A stretch of DNA of 64,000 nucleotides from Chloroflexota bacterium (GTDB lineage: Bacteria; Chloroflexota; Dehalococcoidia; UBA2979), in the NCBI GenBank assembly GCA_027593235.1, contig JAQCIU010000014.1, positions 1 through 64,000 on the forward strand, in the 5' to 3' direction. This document shows, in pieces, positions 1 to 8,743 of this stretch; the stretch's first letter is position 1; every line of letters begins with the position of its first letter. The notes beneath the pieces are model-generated. The model was not told where the DNA came from and did no database searches. It saw only the letters and a program-made list of their open reading frames with translations. A program made the translations under genes and the position numbers.

Positions 1-161
1 AAGAAACTGGGCGGGTGGGTGGGTCAGGCAGACGAACCGCCAACCAACGCCGAAGGCAGGCGACTCACGCCCTGGAAACCGGCAACCGCGTGCTGAGAGC
101 CGAACCGCCGGAACCAGTACCAGCCGCACGGCACAGCCCGCATCAACCCGCGCGCAACGCC

Positions 162-1274
162 CTACCGATCATCCCCACCCCGCGCCCCAACCACCCGATC
201 CAACCCCGCAACATCCTCACTCGCCATCAACAACCGCCGAGCCGGGTAATTCACCACAATCCCCTCGGCCGCCAACCGCGAATGAATCCGCTTCACCATC
301 TCGTGCTTCAGCAAAAACGAATCCGCCCACGTATTCGCCCGCATCTTCACAAAGAAATTCACATTCGAATCCCCGAACTCCGCATACCGAAACAACGGCT
401 CCCGAGTCACATCAACCACATCAAGAGTCGTACGCAGATCGTTCAGTTCCTCCAACACCAGCGCCTCAACGCGGCTCAAATCCTCCTCGTACGCCACACC
501 GCAATCCACCCGCGCATCCGCCCGCGCGTCCGCCGAATCGAAGTTCGTGATGATCGACTCCGCCAGCGTCGAGTTCGGCACAATCACGATGTTGTTATCG
601 AACGTCCGAATCCGCGCCGCCCGCCAGCCAATGTCCTCCACCACCCCCGTCGGCCCCGCGTTCACCTCGATGATGTCGCCCACCGTCACCGAAGCGTCCG
701 TCATGATGTAGGAACTCGCGAACACATTCGTCAGCAGCGGCTGCAACGCCAGCGCCACCGCAAGACCGCCGATCCCCAGCCCGGCCAGCAGCGGACTGAT
801 CGAAATCCCCAGCGCGTCCAGAATCAGCAGCAGCCCGATCGCCACCACCAGCACGTTCAGCACCCGACGTAGGAACGGCAGCGACCGTTCGTCGAACCCC
901 GGCATCCCGTCCGAACCCGGAACGCGGGCGTACCACCCCAGCAGCCCCACCACCAGGCGCCGCACCGCGATCACCGACAGTGTCAGCATCACCGCGACCC
1001 AGGCGCTCCGGATCGTCGCGCGATGCTCATCCAGGTAGGACACCGTCAGGATCGCCACGTACACGCCTTGGATCGCCAGGAACGCGATCACCGGCCAGCG
1101 CACCGCCTCGACCACCACGTCGTCGAGATCGGATTCCGTCGAATTCGTGAAACCGTGAATCACGCGCCGCGTCAGCGTCGCCACCAGCCACGCGAGGATC
1201 AGCCCCCCGGCTGCGATCCCCAGCGCCGCGATCGTCTCATTGACGTCGGCGGTATTGAAATCAAAATCGAACAT
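162..1274 (-). CDS. mscS: Small-conductance mechanosensitive channel (MscS family)
   Basis: Several TM helices, then LLAGLGIGGLAVALALQ, VGDIIEV..GVVEDIGWRAARIRTFDNNIVIVPNS and GVAYEEDL. ATG at 1274 chosen; alternative GTG at 1295. Confidence 0.9.
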   Translation of the reverse strand: MFDFDFNTADVNETIAALGIAAGGLILAWLVATLTRRVIHGFTNSTESDLDDVVVEAVRWPVIAFLAIQGVYVAILTVSYLDEHRATIRSAWVAVMLTLSVIAVRRLVVGLLGWYARVPGSDGMPGFDERSLPFLRRVLNVLVVAIGLLLILDALGISISPLLAGLGIGGLAVALALQPLLTNVFASSYIMTDASVTVGDIIEVNAGPTGVVEDIGWRAARIRTFDNNIVIVPNSTLAESIITNFDSADARADARVDCGVAYEEDLSRVEALVLEELNDLRTTLDVVDVTREPLFRYAEFGDSNVNFFVKMRANTWADSFLLKHEMVKRIHSRLAAEGIVVNYPARRLLMASEDVAGLDRVVGARGGDDR

Positions 1275-1360
1275 AGGGCGCCCCACATGGCTCACCCCGC
1301 CGCACCGCCGATGCTAGCCCAACGGGCGACGCCGACATACCGAGCGCTCTCATCGCCCGG

Positions 1361-1366
1361 TATACT
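1361..1366 (+). promoter_or_regulatory. -10 element (TATACT) 6 nt before ATG, probable leaderless promoter
   Basis: ggTATACTggtcccATG with no Shine-Dalgarno sequence. Confidence 0.55.
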
Positions 1367-1372
1367 GGTCCC

Positions 1373-2215
1373 ATGTTCAGAACTATTGGTCACACCTTCG
1401 AGCTAATGAAAATGAGTTGGCGCGTCCTGATGAAGGACCGCGAGCTGATCATGTTCCCGATCATGTCCGCCATCGGTGTCCTCATCGTGATCGGCCTGTT
1501 TTTCGGGGCTGCGGCAGCCACCGGCACCCTCGACCGCCTCGATCTCGCGAGGCAGGGCAGCGGCGCCACCGAGGATGCGCAGCTAATTGACTACCTCCTC
1601 GCGGTGGCGCTCTACGCGTCCACCACCTTCGTCGTAATCTTCTTCAACGCCGCGCTCGTTGCGGCCGCCCTCGAGCGGCTGCGTGGCGGTGACCCGAACA
1701 TCTCTTCCGGGCTCCGCGCCGCGCTGGCGCACCTGCCCGCGATCCTCGTCTGGGCGCTGATCTCCGCCACCGTTGGTCTGATCCTCCAGCTCTTGCGCGA
1801 CAAGATGGACAACTTCATCGGCCACATCGTGCTCAGCTTGATCGGTGGCGTCTGGGCCTACATGACCTTCTTCGTCATCCCCGTCCTCGTCGCCGAGGGC
1901 ACCGGACCAATCGAGGGCATCAAGCGCTCCGCCGGGCTCTTCCAGCGGACCTGGGGGCGGCAGGTGGCCTCGTCGTTCGGGTTCACCCTCGTCTACCTCA
2001 TCGCCGTGGTCGTCGCGGTCCTGCCCGCGGTGCTGCTCTTCGCCGTCTCGCCGTTGCTGGGCATCGTCTTCGGCGCGTTCACCATCCCGATCGCCGTCGG
2101 GACCGTGCAGGCGATGGAGGGCATCTTCAAAGCCGCGCTCTACGAGTTCGCGCTGGGTGAGACGCCGCTGGACTTCGACCGCGGCACGCTCTCCGGCGCG
2201 TACCGCGCGCTCTAG
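1373..2215 (+). CDS. Integral membrane protein (DUF6159-like)
   Basis: 280-aa ORF with about 6 hydrophobic helices; SWRVL..DRELI.FP and IKRSAGLF.RTWG motifs. Confidence 0.7.
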   Translation: MFRTIGHTFELMKMSWRVLMKDRELIMFPIMSAIGVLIVIGLFFGAAAATGTLDRLDLARQGSGATEDAQLIDYLLAVALYASTTFVVIFFNAALVAAALERLRGGDPNISSGLRAALAHLPAILVWALISATVGLILQLLRDKMDNFIGHIVLSLIGGVWAYMTFFVIPVLVAEGTGPIEGIKRSAGLFQRTWGRQVASSFGFTLVYLIAVVVAVLPAVLLFAVSPLLGIVFGAFTIPIAVGTVQAMEGIFKAALYEFALGETPLDFDRGTLSGAYRAL

Positions 2216-2874
2216 TCCGCGCGCGTCTCGTCCGCGGGGCCACCCGGGCGTCTGCCCGAGCTGTTCGCGGCCCCTCCCAGGAGCGCCGCGAACTCTTCCG
2301 GCGTATTCACGTTGATGAACGAGCGGCCCTCCGGGTCGAGCAGTTGCCACTCTTCCGGCTGCATCCGGTAGGCGCCGAGGTCGGCGGCGAGCGCCATCGG
2401 CGCTCGATCGCCCGCGTCGAGGTGTGCACGCACCACTGTCAACGCCGAGGCGGCGAACACGGAACAGAGTGGCTGCGGTCGGTGTTCAGCGATCGGCAGC
2501 ACCCAGCGATGTACCTCGCTGATCCGTTCGATCAGGCGCCCGATCAGCGTCGCCTCGACGAACGGCATGTCCACCGCGACGACCGCCGCGACCGCTCCCG
2601 CCGCGACCTCGAGGCCTGCCGCGATCCCCACCAGCGGGCCTTCGCCTTCAATCGGGTCGAGGGCGATCCGCCAGGGGTGGTCGGTCACGATCAACGGCAG
2701 CGGACGATCCGGCGCGCCCACAATCACGAACTCGTCGACCGCTGGCGCGAGCCGGTCGATGCTGCGCTGCAGCATGGTCACGCCATCGAGGATCAGCGAC
2801 GCCTTGTCGATCCCCATCCGGCTCGATCGGCCGCCGGCAAGCACGATGCCACTGACGCGTATTGATGCGGCCAT
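2212..2874 (-). CDS. mobA: Molybdenum cofactor guanylyltransferase
   Basis: LAGGRSSRMGIDKA, GPLVGI, VDMPF and FINVNTPEE motifs; GGAGG RBS before ATG 2874. Confidence 0.9.
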   Translation of the reverse strand: MAASIRVSGIVLAGGRSSRMGIDKASLILDGVTMLQRSIDRLAPAVDEFVIVGAPDRPLPLIVTDHPWRIALDPIEGEGPLVGIAAGLEVAAGAVAAVVAVDMPFVEATLIGRLIERISEVHRWVLPIAEHRPQPLCSVFAASALTVVRAHLDAGDRAPMALAADLGAYRMQPEEWQLLDPEGRSFINVNTPEEFAALLGGAANSSGRRPGGPADETRAD

Positions 2875-2909
2875 TGCCCCGCCTCCGGTCTGGCATCGAT
2901 CATAGGTGG

Positions 2910-3674
2910 ATGGAGACAACCACGACGTTCTGGAATGCACTCGACCTCGGCAGCGGCTCGCCGCCGGTCGTCGCGATCGTCGGCGGGGGCGGAAAGACGT
3001 CGCTGCTGTTCCGCTTGGGACGCGAGGGCCACGCCCGCGGCCTCCCGACGGTGCTGACCGGGACGACCCGCTTCACCAAGCTGTCCCAGCGCGGCGCCGA
3101 GGTCGCGCTGATCGCCTGCGCAACCCCGGAACAGCCACCCGACCTGGGCCCAACCGTCGCCACGAAGGCAACGGTGCTGGTCCACGCCGGTCCGATGGCG
3201 CAGGGCCGTTGGACCCCGCTCGATCCGAGCGCCGTCGACGCGATCGCCACGACGTCCGGCCTCGGGCTTGTCGCGATCGAGGCGGACGGCAGCAAGATGC
3301 GCCCGTTCAAGGCACCCGCGGATCACGAGCCGGTGATCCCCACCTCGACCAGCCACGTCGTCGCCGTCGTCGGCCTCCGCGCGCTCGGCATGCCGCTCGA
3401 CGAGACGAACGTCCACCGCCCGGAATACGTGCGCGCGATCGTCGGCGACGAGGAACGCGTCACCTCCGAGGTGATCGCGCGCGTCCTGCTCGACGAACGC
3501 GGCGGCCGCAAAGGCGTCGGCGCACGCTCGTACACGGTCCTCGTCAACCAGGCGGATCTGGACGAGGCGGCGGCGATCGCCCTTGGACGTGTGATCCGGG
3601 AGGCCGGCCTCCCACGGGTCATCGTCGCCTCACTCCAGGACCTCGAGGCCCCGATCCGCGCGGTCCTCGATTGA
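2910..3674 (+). CDS. yqeC: Selenium-dependent molybdenum cofactor accessory protein (YqeC family)
   Basis: IVGGGGKTSL, TGTT, IEADGSKMRPFKAPADHEPVIP and VHRPE motifs. Confidence 0.85.
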   Translation: METTTTFWNALDLGSGSPPVVAIVGGGGKTSLLFRLGREGHARGLPTVLTGTTRFTKLSQRGAEVALIACATPEQPPDLGPTVATKATVLVHAGPMAQGRWTPLDPSAVDAIATTSGLGLVAIEADGSKMRPFKAPADHEPVIPTSTSHVVAVVGLRALGMPLDETNVHRPEYVRAIVGDEERVTSEVIARVLLDERGGRKGVGARSYTVLVNQADLDEAAAIALGRVIREAGLPRVIVASLQDLEAPIRAVLD

Positions 3675-4477
3675 TGGGGCACGATGCGCTCTTCGCCAGC
3701 ACCGTCGACTACTACGTTCGCTACCGACCCGACTTCCCGGCGAGAGCGTACGAGGCAATCGCGGATCGGTTTCAGCTCGACGGCCGCGGGCGGCTGCTCG
3801 ACCTCGGCGCCGGGACGGGCCACATCGCGCTCGCGCTGAGCCACCACTTCGAGACGGTGCTCGCCGTCGACGTCAGCGACGAGATGCTGGTGGCCGGGCG
3901 CAGCGAGGCGACCCGCCTCGGGCGGACCAACATCGAGTGGCAACTCGCCCGTGCGGAAGAGGTCGAGCTGCCTGGAGGGAGCGTTCGCCTCGTCACGATC
4001 GGGAACGCGCTGCACTGGATGGATCGCGATACCGTGCTCGCCCGCTGTCACGAGCTGGTCGAACCGGGCGGCGGGATCGCGCTAATCGACATGCCCGGGA
4101 TGTGGGCGCCAACGATGGAGCTGGGCGCCGAACCCTGGCTCGCGGCGCTGCGCAGCGTGATTGAGCGGCACCTCGGAGCCCGACGGCGCGCCGGCGACGG
4201 CTACTACGCGCCGCAGCACGACCGCCCCGAGGACACCTTGCACCACTCGTCCTTCGTCGCCGTTCAGGCCGGCAGCGCCACGCTCGACCTCACCTGGAGC
4301 GCGGACGAGGTGGTCGGCTACCTCTACTCCACGTCGTTCGCGAACCGCTCACTGCTGGGCGATCGGGTCGAGACCTTCGAGACGGATCTCCGCGCGGCGC
4401 TGGCTGCGGCGGAGCCATCCGGCCGCTTCCAGCGTCGTCTGGAAGCGAGCTGGGCACTGGCCGCTCGCGAACCTTGA
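3674..4477 (+). CDS. Class I SAM-dependent methyltransferase
   Basis: YVRYRP, LLDLGAGTG, AVDVSDEML, ALHWMD; TGATG overlap with the yqeC stop. Confidence 0.85.
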   Translation: MGHDALFASTVDYYVRYRPDFPARAYEAIADRFQLDGRGRLLDLGAGTGHIALALSHHFETVLAVDVSDEMLVAGRSEATRLGRTNIEWQLARAEEVELPGGSVRLVTIGNALHWMDRDTVLARCHELVEPGGGIALIDMPGMWAPTMELGAEPWLAALRSVIERHLGARRRAGDGYYAPQHDRPEDTLHHSSFVAVQAGSATLDLTWSADEVVGYLYSTSFANRSLLGDRVETFETDLRAALAAAEPSGRFQRRLEASWALAAREP

Positions 4478-4524
4478 GTTCCGGCAGGGTCGGCGACCAG
4501 TAGTCTGAGGAGCGGAGGACGCTC

Positions 4525-5799
4525 GTGGCCACCTACATCACGCTCTTGATCGTGTTCTTGCTGCTGTCCGCGTTCTTCTCCGGATCGGAGACGGCGTTCC
4601 TGTCGCTGGACCGGATGCGGCTCGCGCACCGGGTCCGTGAAGGCGAGCCGGGCGCGGCGCGGGTCGCCGCATTGCTTGACCGCCCGCACCGCCTGCTCAG
4701 CGCCATCCTGCTGGGCAACAACCTCGTCAACACCGGCGCCGCTGCCGTCGGCACGGCAATCGCCACCCAGGTGGTCTCGGGCGGCGTTGGCCTGATCGTC
4801 GCCACGCTGGCGATCACCTTGCTGCTGATCCTCGTCGGCGAGGTCACCCCGAAGACGCTGGCGCTCAGCCACGCCTTCGGGATGAGCCGCGTCTACGCCT
4901 GGCCACTCTCGATGTGGGCGCGCCTGAATCGCCCGATCGTCGCGGCGCTGGACGCGCTGACGCGGGTGCTGATCCGCGCCTTCGGCGGCGATGCGTCAGG
5001 CGGCGCGCCGCCGCTGAGTTCGGCGGAGCTTGGTACCGCCATCCGGATCGGCGCGGAAAGCGGCGCGCTGGCAACCGAAGACTCCCAGCGCATGCTGGGC
5101 GTACTCACGCTTCAGCAACGGCAGGTCCAGGAGATCATGGTCTCCCGCGTCGACATGGTCACGATCCCGACGACCGCGACGCTGGCCGAGGTGGCCCGGC
5201 AACTCAGCGAGCTGGGTTACTTGCGCCTACCGGTGCACGCGGACAGCCCGGACGAGATCGTCGGGTACGTCCACGTCAGCGACGTCAATTCCGCCCACCT
5301 CGAGGGGTTCGGGGAGCGGACGGCGGGCGACATCATGCGACCTGCCACCTTTGAATCGGAGCACGCGACGATTGCGCGCGTGCTCGAGGTGATGCGCAAC
5401 GAGGGCCGCTACCTCGTGATGCTCGTCGACGAGTTCGGCGCCACCTCGGGCCTCGTCACGCTCGAAGACATCCTCGAGGAGGTCGTCGGCCGCCTCGCCA
5501 GCGAGAGCGGCGACGAGCCGGACTGGGCGCCGGAGCAGCTCGGTCGCACCGGCCGGATCGAGCTCGATGGCAACACGCTGCTGGTCGACGTCTCGAACCA
5601 GGTCAGCATCGACCTCACCGATATCGACGCCAACACCGTCGCCGGCCTCGTCCTCGCCCACACCCGCCGATTTCCCGCCGAGGGCGAGTACATCGATCAC
5701 GCGGGGCTGCGCTTCACCGTGCTTGAGATGGACGATCGACGGATCGCCCGTGTCGCGATCGAACGACTGAGCCCGACCCGGCGGCTCATCACGCGGTGA
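4525..5799 (+). CDS. CNNM/hemolysin-family (CorB/TlyC-like) CBS-domain membrane protein
   Basis: SAFFSGSETA, GEVTPK, tandem CBS domains (VDEFGATSGLVTLEDILEEVVG), C-terminal CorC/HlyC domain. Confidence 0.9.
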   Translation: MATYITLLIVFLLLSAFFSGSETAFLSLDRMRLAHRVREGEPGAARVAALLDRPHRLLSAILLGNNLVNTGAAAVGTAIATQVVSGGVGLIVATLAITLLLILVGEVTPKTLALSHAFGMSRVYAWPLSMWARLNRPIVAALDALTRVLIRAFGGDASGGAPPLSSAELGTAIRIGAESGALATEDSQRMLGVLTLQQRQVQEIMVSRVDMVTIPTTATLAEVARQLSELGYLRLPVHADSPDEIVGYVHVSDVNSAHLEGFGERTAGDIMRPATFESEHATIARVLEVMRNEGRYLVMLVDEFGATSGLVTLEDILEEVVGRLASESGDEPDWAPEQLGRTGRIELDGNTLLVDVSNQVSIDLTDIDANTVAGLVLAHTRRFPAEGEYIDHAGLRFTVLEMDDRRIARVAIERLSPTRRLITR

Positions 5800-6548
5800 G
5801 CACGCAGCCGGGACGAACCGCCCGCCGGCCCGAGGCGGTGATCTTCGACTGGGGCGGCACGCTCAGCGACTACGCCGCGGTCGAACTCGCCGACATGTGG
5901 ACGCTGGCCGCCCAGCACCTCGCCCCGCACATGCCCGAGGACGAACCGGCGCTCGTTCAGCGCCTCGGCCGCATCGAGACGGCGTTCTGGGAACGCACCA
6001 CGACGGACCAGCGCTCCGGCACGCTCGCCGACCTGCTCGCCGCCGCGACCGCCGAACTGGGCGTCGATGTCACCGAGGCGGTGCTCGAAGAAGCGGGCGT
6101 GCGCTACCTGGATGCCTGGACGCCGCACATCGTGCACGACATCGAGGCGGTCGCGACGCTGTCCGCGCTGCGCGAACGCGGCCTGAGGATCGGCCTGCTC
6201 TCCAACACCCACTGGCCCCGCGCGTTCCACGAGCGATTCCTGGAACGCGATGGCCTGGCGGAGCTGATCGACGCGCGCCTCTACACCAGCGAGATGCCCT
6301 ACCTGAAGCCGCACGCCGAGGCGTTCCGGACGGCGCTCACGGCGCTCGACCTCGCGGATGGCGAGCGGGCGGTGTTCGTCGGCGATCGCCCGCTCGACGA
6401 CATTCACGGCGCGCAGCAGGTGGGGATGCGCGCGGTGCTCCGCCCGAACGCCCTCGTCAGCGGCTACGAGGTGACGCCGGATGCCTCGATCACGCGAATA
6501 GCGGAGCTGCTGCCGCTGATCGATGGCTGGCTCGCGGGCGGCGGTTAG
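5796..6548 (+). CDS. HAD-superfamily hydrolase
   Basis: FDWGGTL, LSNT, KP and FVGDRPLDDIHGA motifs. Confidence 0.85.
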   Translation: MSTQPGRTARRPEAVIFDWGGTLSDYAAVELADMWTLAAQHLAPHMPEDEPALVQRLGRIETAFWERTTTDQRSGTLADLLAAATAELGVDVTEAVLEEAGVRYLDAWTPHIVHDIEAVATLSALRERGLRIGLLSNTHWPRAFHERFLERDGLAELIDARLYTSEMPYLKPHAEAFRTALTALDLADGERAVFVGDRPLDDIHGAQQVGMRAVLRPNALVSGYEVTPDASITRIAELLPLIDGWLAGGG

Positions 6549-7015
6549 CGGCGGGGTCGGTCGTCCTCGTAGCTGCCGGGGTCCTCGGCAACCAGCCGCA
6601 GCTTCGCCGCCGCTGCCGGTGGAGGTTGCGGAGGCGGCGGGCCCAGCCCGCCGTACGCGGCGACCGCGGCGGACAGCCAGCGATTGAGGCTGACCCCTTC
6701 GTTTGCCGCCAGCATCACGGCGCGACGGTGGGTCTCCGGATTGAGCCGCAGTTCGGTGCGCCCGGAGAATTCGCGGGTCTGAAACGGCTCCGGGATCGGA
6801 CGGCCCTGCTCCAGTAGGAAGTCGATCATCTGCTCGAGCGCCTCGCGCCCGTTGGCAAGCGCCTCGTGCGGGGCGTCTCCCTCGGAGATGACGCCGGGGA
6901 ACTCGAGGACGGTAACCGTCCAGGCACCACCGTCTGCGTCGTGCACGAGGACGAAGGCGTAGGGCAACGCCGCCAACTCCGCGGCCTGCGACCGTCGTTC
7001 GGTGTCGTTCGCCAT
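6545..7015 (-). CDS. hicB: HicB-family antitoxin with C-terminal RHH domain
   Basis: EFPGVISEGD..EAL, then FSGRTELRL..ETHRR....AANEGVSLNRW. Confidence 0.85.
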   Translation of the reverse strand: MANDTERRSQAAELAALPYAFVLVHDADGGAWTVTVLEFPGVISEGDAPHEALANGREALEQMIDFLLEQGRPIPEPFQTREFSGRTELRLNPETHRRAVMLAANEGVSLNRWLSAAVAAYGGLGPPPPQPPPAAAAKLRLVAEDPGSYEDDRPRR

Positions 7016-7017
7016 GA

Positions 7018-7235
7018 CTAGTCCCTCTCGGCCTCGATCAGCTGCTTCACGATCGACTGGACGGTCCACTGTGACTTCAGCGTCTGCGGCACCTGTACCT
7101 GGACGGTCTCCCGTTGCCAGATCTGGTGCTTGCCTTCGCGGGAAATCACCCAGCCCGTTCGAGCAACGCGGCGACGAGATCGCGTCGCTTGACCGCGCTC
7201 GGGTTGCGCCACATCTCGTCGAGGTCATGCTTCAT
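7018..7235 (-). pseudogene. hicA: HicA-like toxin split by a 1-nt frameshift
   Basis: MKHDLDEMWRNPSAVKRRDLVAALLER (ATG 7235) continues in another frame as GWVISREGKHQIW...VQSIVKQL. One extra G in the GGG run at 7154-7156 restores a 72-aa HicA-like protein directly upstream of hicB. Confidence 0.7.
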
Positions 7236-7237
7236 AG

Positions 7238-7277
7238 TGGCATTATTGCCATCGTGTGGTCAATGTCATTATTGCCA
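7238..7277. promoter_or_regulatory. Two quasi-palindromic operator boxes upstream of hicAB
   Basis: TGGCATTATTGCCA (7238-7251) and TGTCATTATTGCCA (7264-7277), starting 26 bp apart; the first overlaps AATAAT located 6 nt before the hicA ATG. Confidence 0.7.
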
Positions 7278-7288
7278 CTGCGACCCCC

Positions 7289-7855
7289 CTACCGTGCCCC
7301 GCCCAACAGCGACCGCTCCGAGGTTTCGTGGTTGAGCAGCCACGCCTTGCGAGGCAGGCCGCCGCCGTAACCGGTCAGCGTTCCGTTCGCACCGATCACG
7401 CGGTGGCACGGCACGACGATCGAGATCGGGTTCTTGCCATTCGCCGCGCCGACCGCGCGGGACGCCGAGGGCTTCCCGATCGCCTCGGCGATCGCGCCGT
7501 AGCTGGTCGTCTCACCGGGCGGGATCGTGCGCAGCGCTGCCCAGACTCCGAGTTGGAACGGCGTGCCGCGCGGCGCGAGCGGTAAATCGAACTCCACGCG
7601 CGTCCCGGCGAAATACTCCTCGAGCTGGCGCACCGCGACTGCCGAGGCGCCGCGATCTCGGGTCGCCGGCTCGCCGGCCGCGGCTTCCAGTTCGGCGACG
7701 AGCACCGCGGCGGATTCGCGCTGGTCGACGAACTTGATGATGTGCACGCCCGCGGACGACCCGCCGACGAAGAGTGGGCCAACCGGGGTTTCGAGGACGT
7801 CGAAGTAAGCGATAACGCGTTCTCCAGAGGGGGAGGTGCACCAGTGTACGAACAA
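7289..7855 (-). CDS. ogt: Methylated-DNA--protein-cysteine methyltransferase
   Basis: GTPFQ..VW..L..IPPGET.SYG and [14 protein letters not shown]. Start uncertain; TTG 7855 used. Confidence 0.9.
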   Translation of the reverse strand: MFVHWCTSPSGERVIAYFDVLETPVGPLFVGGSSAGVHIIKFVDQRESAAVLVAELEAAAGEPATRDRGASAVAVRQLEEYFAGTRVEFDLPLAPRGTPFQLGVWAALRTIPPGETTSYGAIAEAIGKPSASRAVGAANGKNPISIVVPCHRVIGANGTLTGYGGGLPRKAWLLNHETSERSLLGGAR

Positions 7856-7963
7856 GCGAGACGCCGCCCTGGAGCAGATTGACACTGGCCGAGGCGAACA
7901 CCATGATCCGCCCGGAACCCAGCCACGGCCGCGGCCCGCCCGCGCCTCCCCGAAAGGACCGCC

Positions 7964-8731
7964 ATGCGACCGAATCGAGTACTCGAGACGTGGCGCAGCG
8001 GGGGCCAGACCATCGGCGGCTGGCTGTCGCTGGATTCCTCCTTTGGGGCTGAGGCGATGGGGCACGTCGGCTTCGACTGGCTCTGCGTCGACCTCCAGCA
8101 CGGGGCGGCTGACATCTCCTCGGTGATTCCGATGCTGCAGGGCATCTCCAACACCGACACCGTCCCCTTCGTGCGCGTGGCGTGGAACGAGCCGGCGACC
8201 ATCATGCGGGTGCTCGACGCGGGCGCGATGGGCGTGATCGTCCCGCTGGTCAACAACCGCGAGGAGGCAGAGCGCGCCGTCTGGGCGACCCGCTACCCAC
8301 CGGCCGGCGGCCGCTCCTCGGGGCCGTTCCGCGCAGCCATGTACGGCGGGGCCAACTACCAGAACGAGGCGAACGACAACATCGCGCTGGTCGTGATGAT
8401 CGAAACCGCCGAGGCGCTCGACAACCTCGATGAGATCCTGTCGGTCGACGGCATCGACGCCGCCTACATCGGCCCGTCAGACCTCGCGTACGCGATCGGC
8501 ATCGAGCCAACCGGCGACAACCACGACGCAAAGCACGTCGAGGCGGTCCACGCGATCTACGACGCCTGCAAGCGCCACGGCGTCGCTCCCGGCGTGCACA
8601 CCGGCAGCGTGGAGTTCACCAAGCGGTGGCTCGACCATGGCTTCCAGATGGTGATGCTTGGCGCCGATTCCGGCTTCATGCGGCAGGCGGCCGCGACCCA
8701 ACTCGCCGAGGCCCGCTCGCACGTGTCCTAG
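7964..8731 (+). CDS. HpcH/HpaI-family class II pyruvate aldolase
   Basis: [27 protein letters not shown] and YIGPSDL motifs. Confidence 0.9.
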   Translation: MRPNRVLETWRSGGQTIGGWLSLDSSFGAEAMGHVGFDWLCVDLQHGAADISSVIPMLQGISNTDTVPFVRVAWNEPATIMRVLDAGAMGVIVPLVNNREEAERAVWATRYPPAGGRSSGPFRAAMYGGANYQNEANDNIALVVMIETAEALDNLDEILSVDGIDAAYIGPSDLAYAIGIEPTGDNHDAKHVEAVHAIYDACKRHGVAPGVHTGSVEFTKRWLDHGFQMVMLGADSGFMRQAAATQLAEARSHVS

Positions 8732-8743
8732 GAGGACCCCTTC

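Noticed and set aside
15-872. 285-aa His/Pro/Arg-rich + strand ORF
   Set aside because: Antisense to mscS; its openness and composition follow from the local C/A skew.
3672-3676. Selenocysteine readthrough at the yqeC TGA
   Set aside because: It is an ordinary TGATG stop/start overlap at the expected end of the protein.
7820-7845. Possible frameshift at the ogt 5' end (C5 run after a GTG)
   Set aside because: An in-frame TTG start exists, so no frameshift is required; cannot be resolved without reads.
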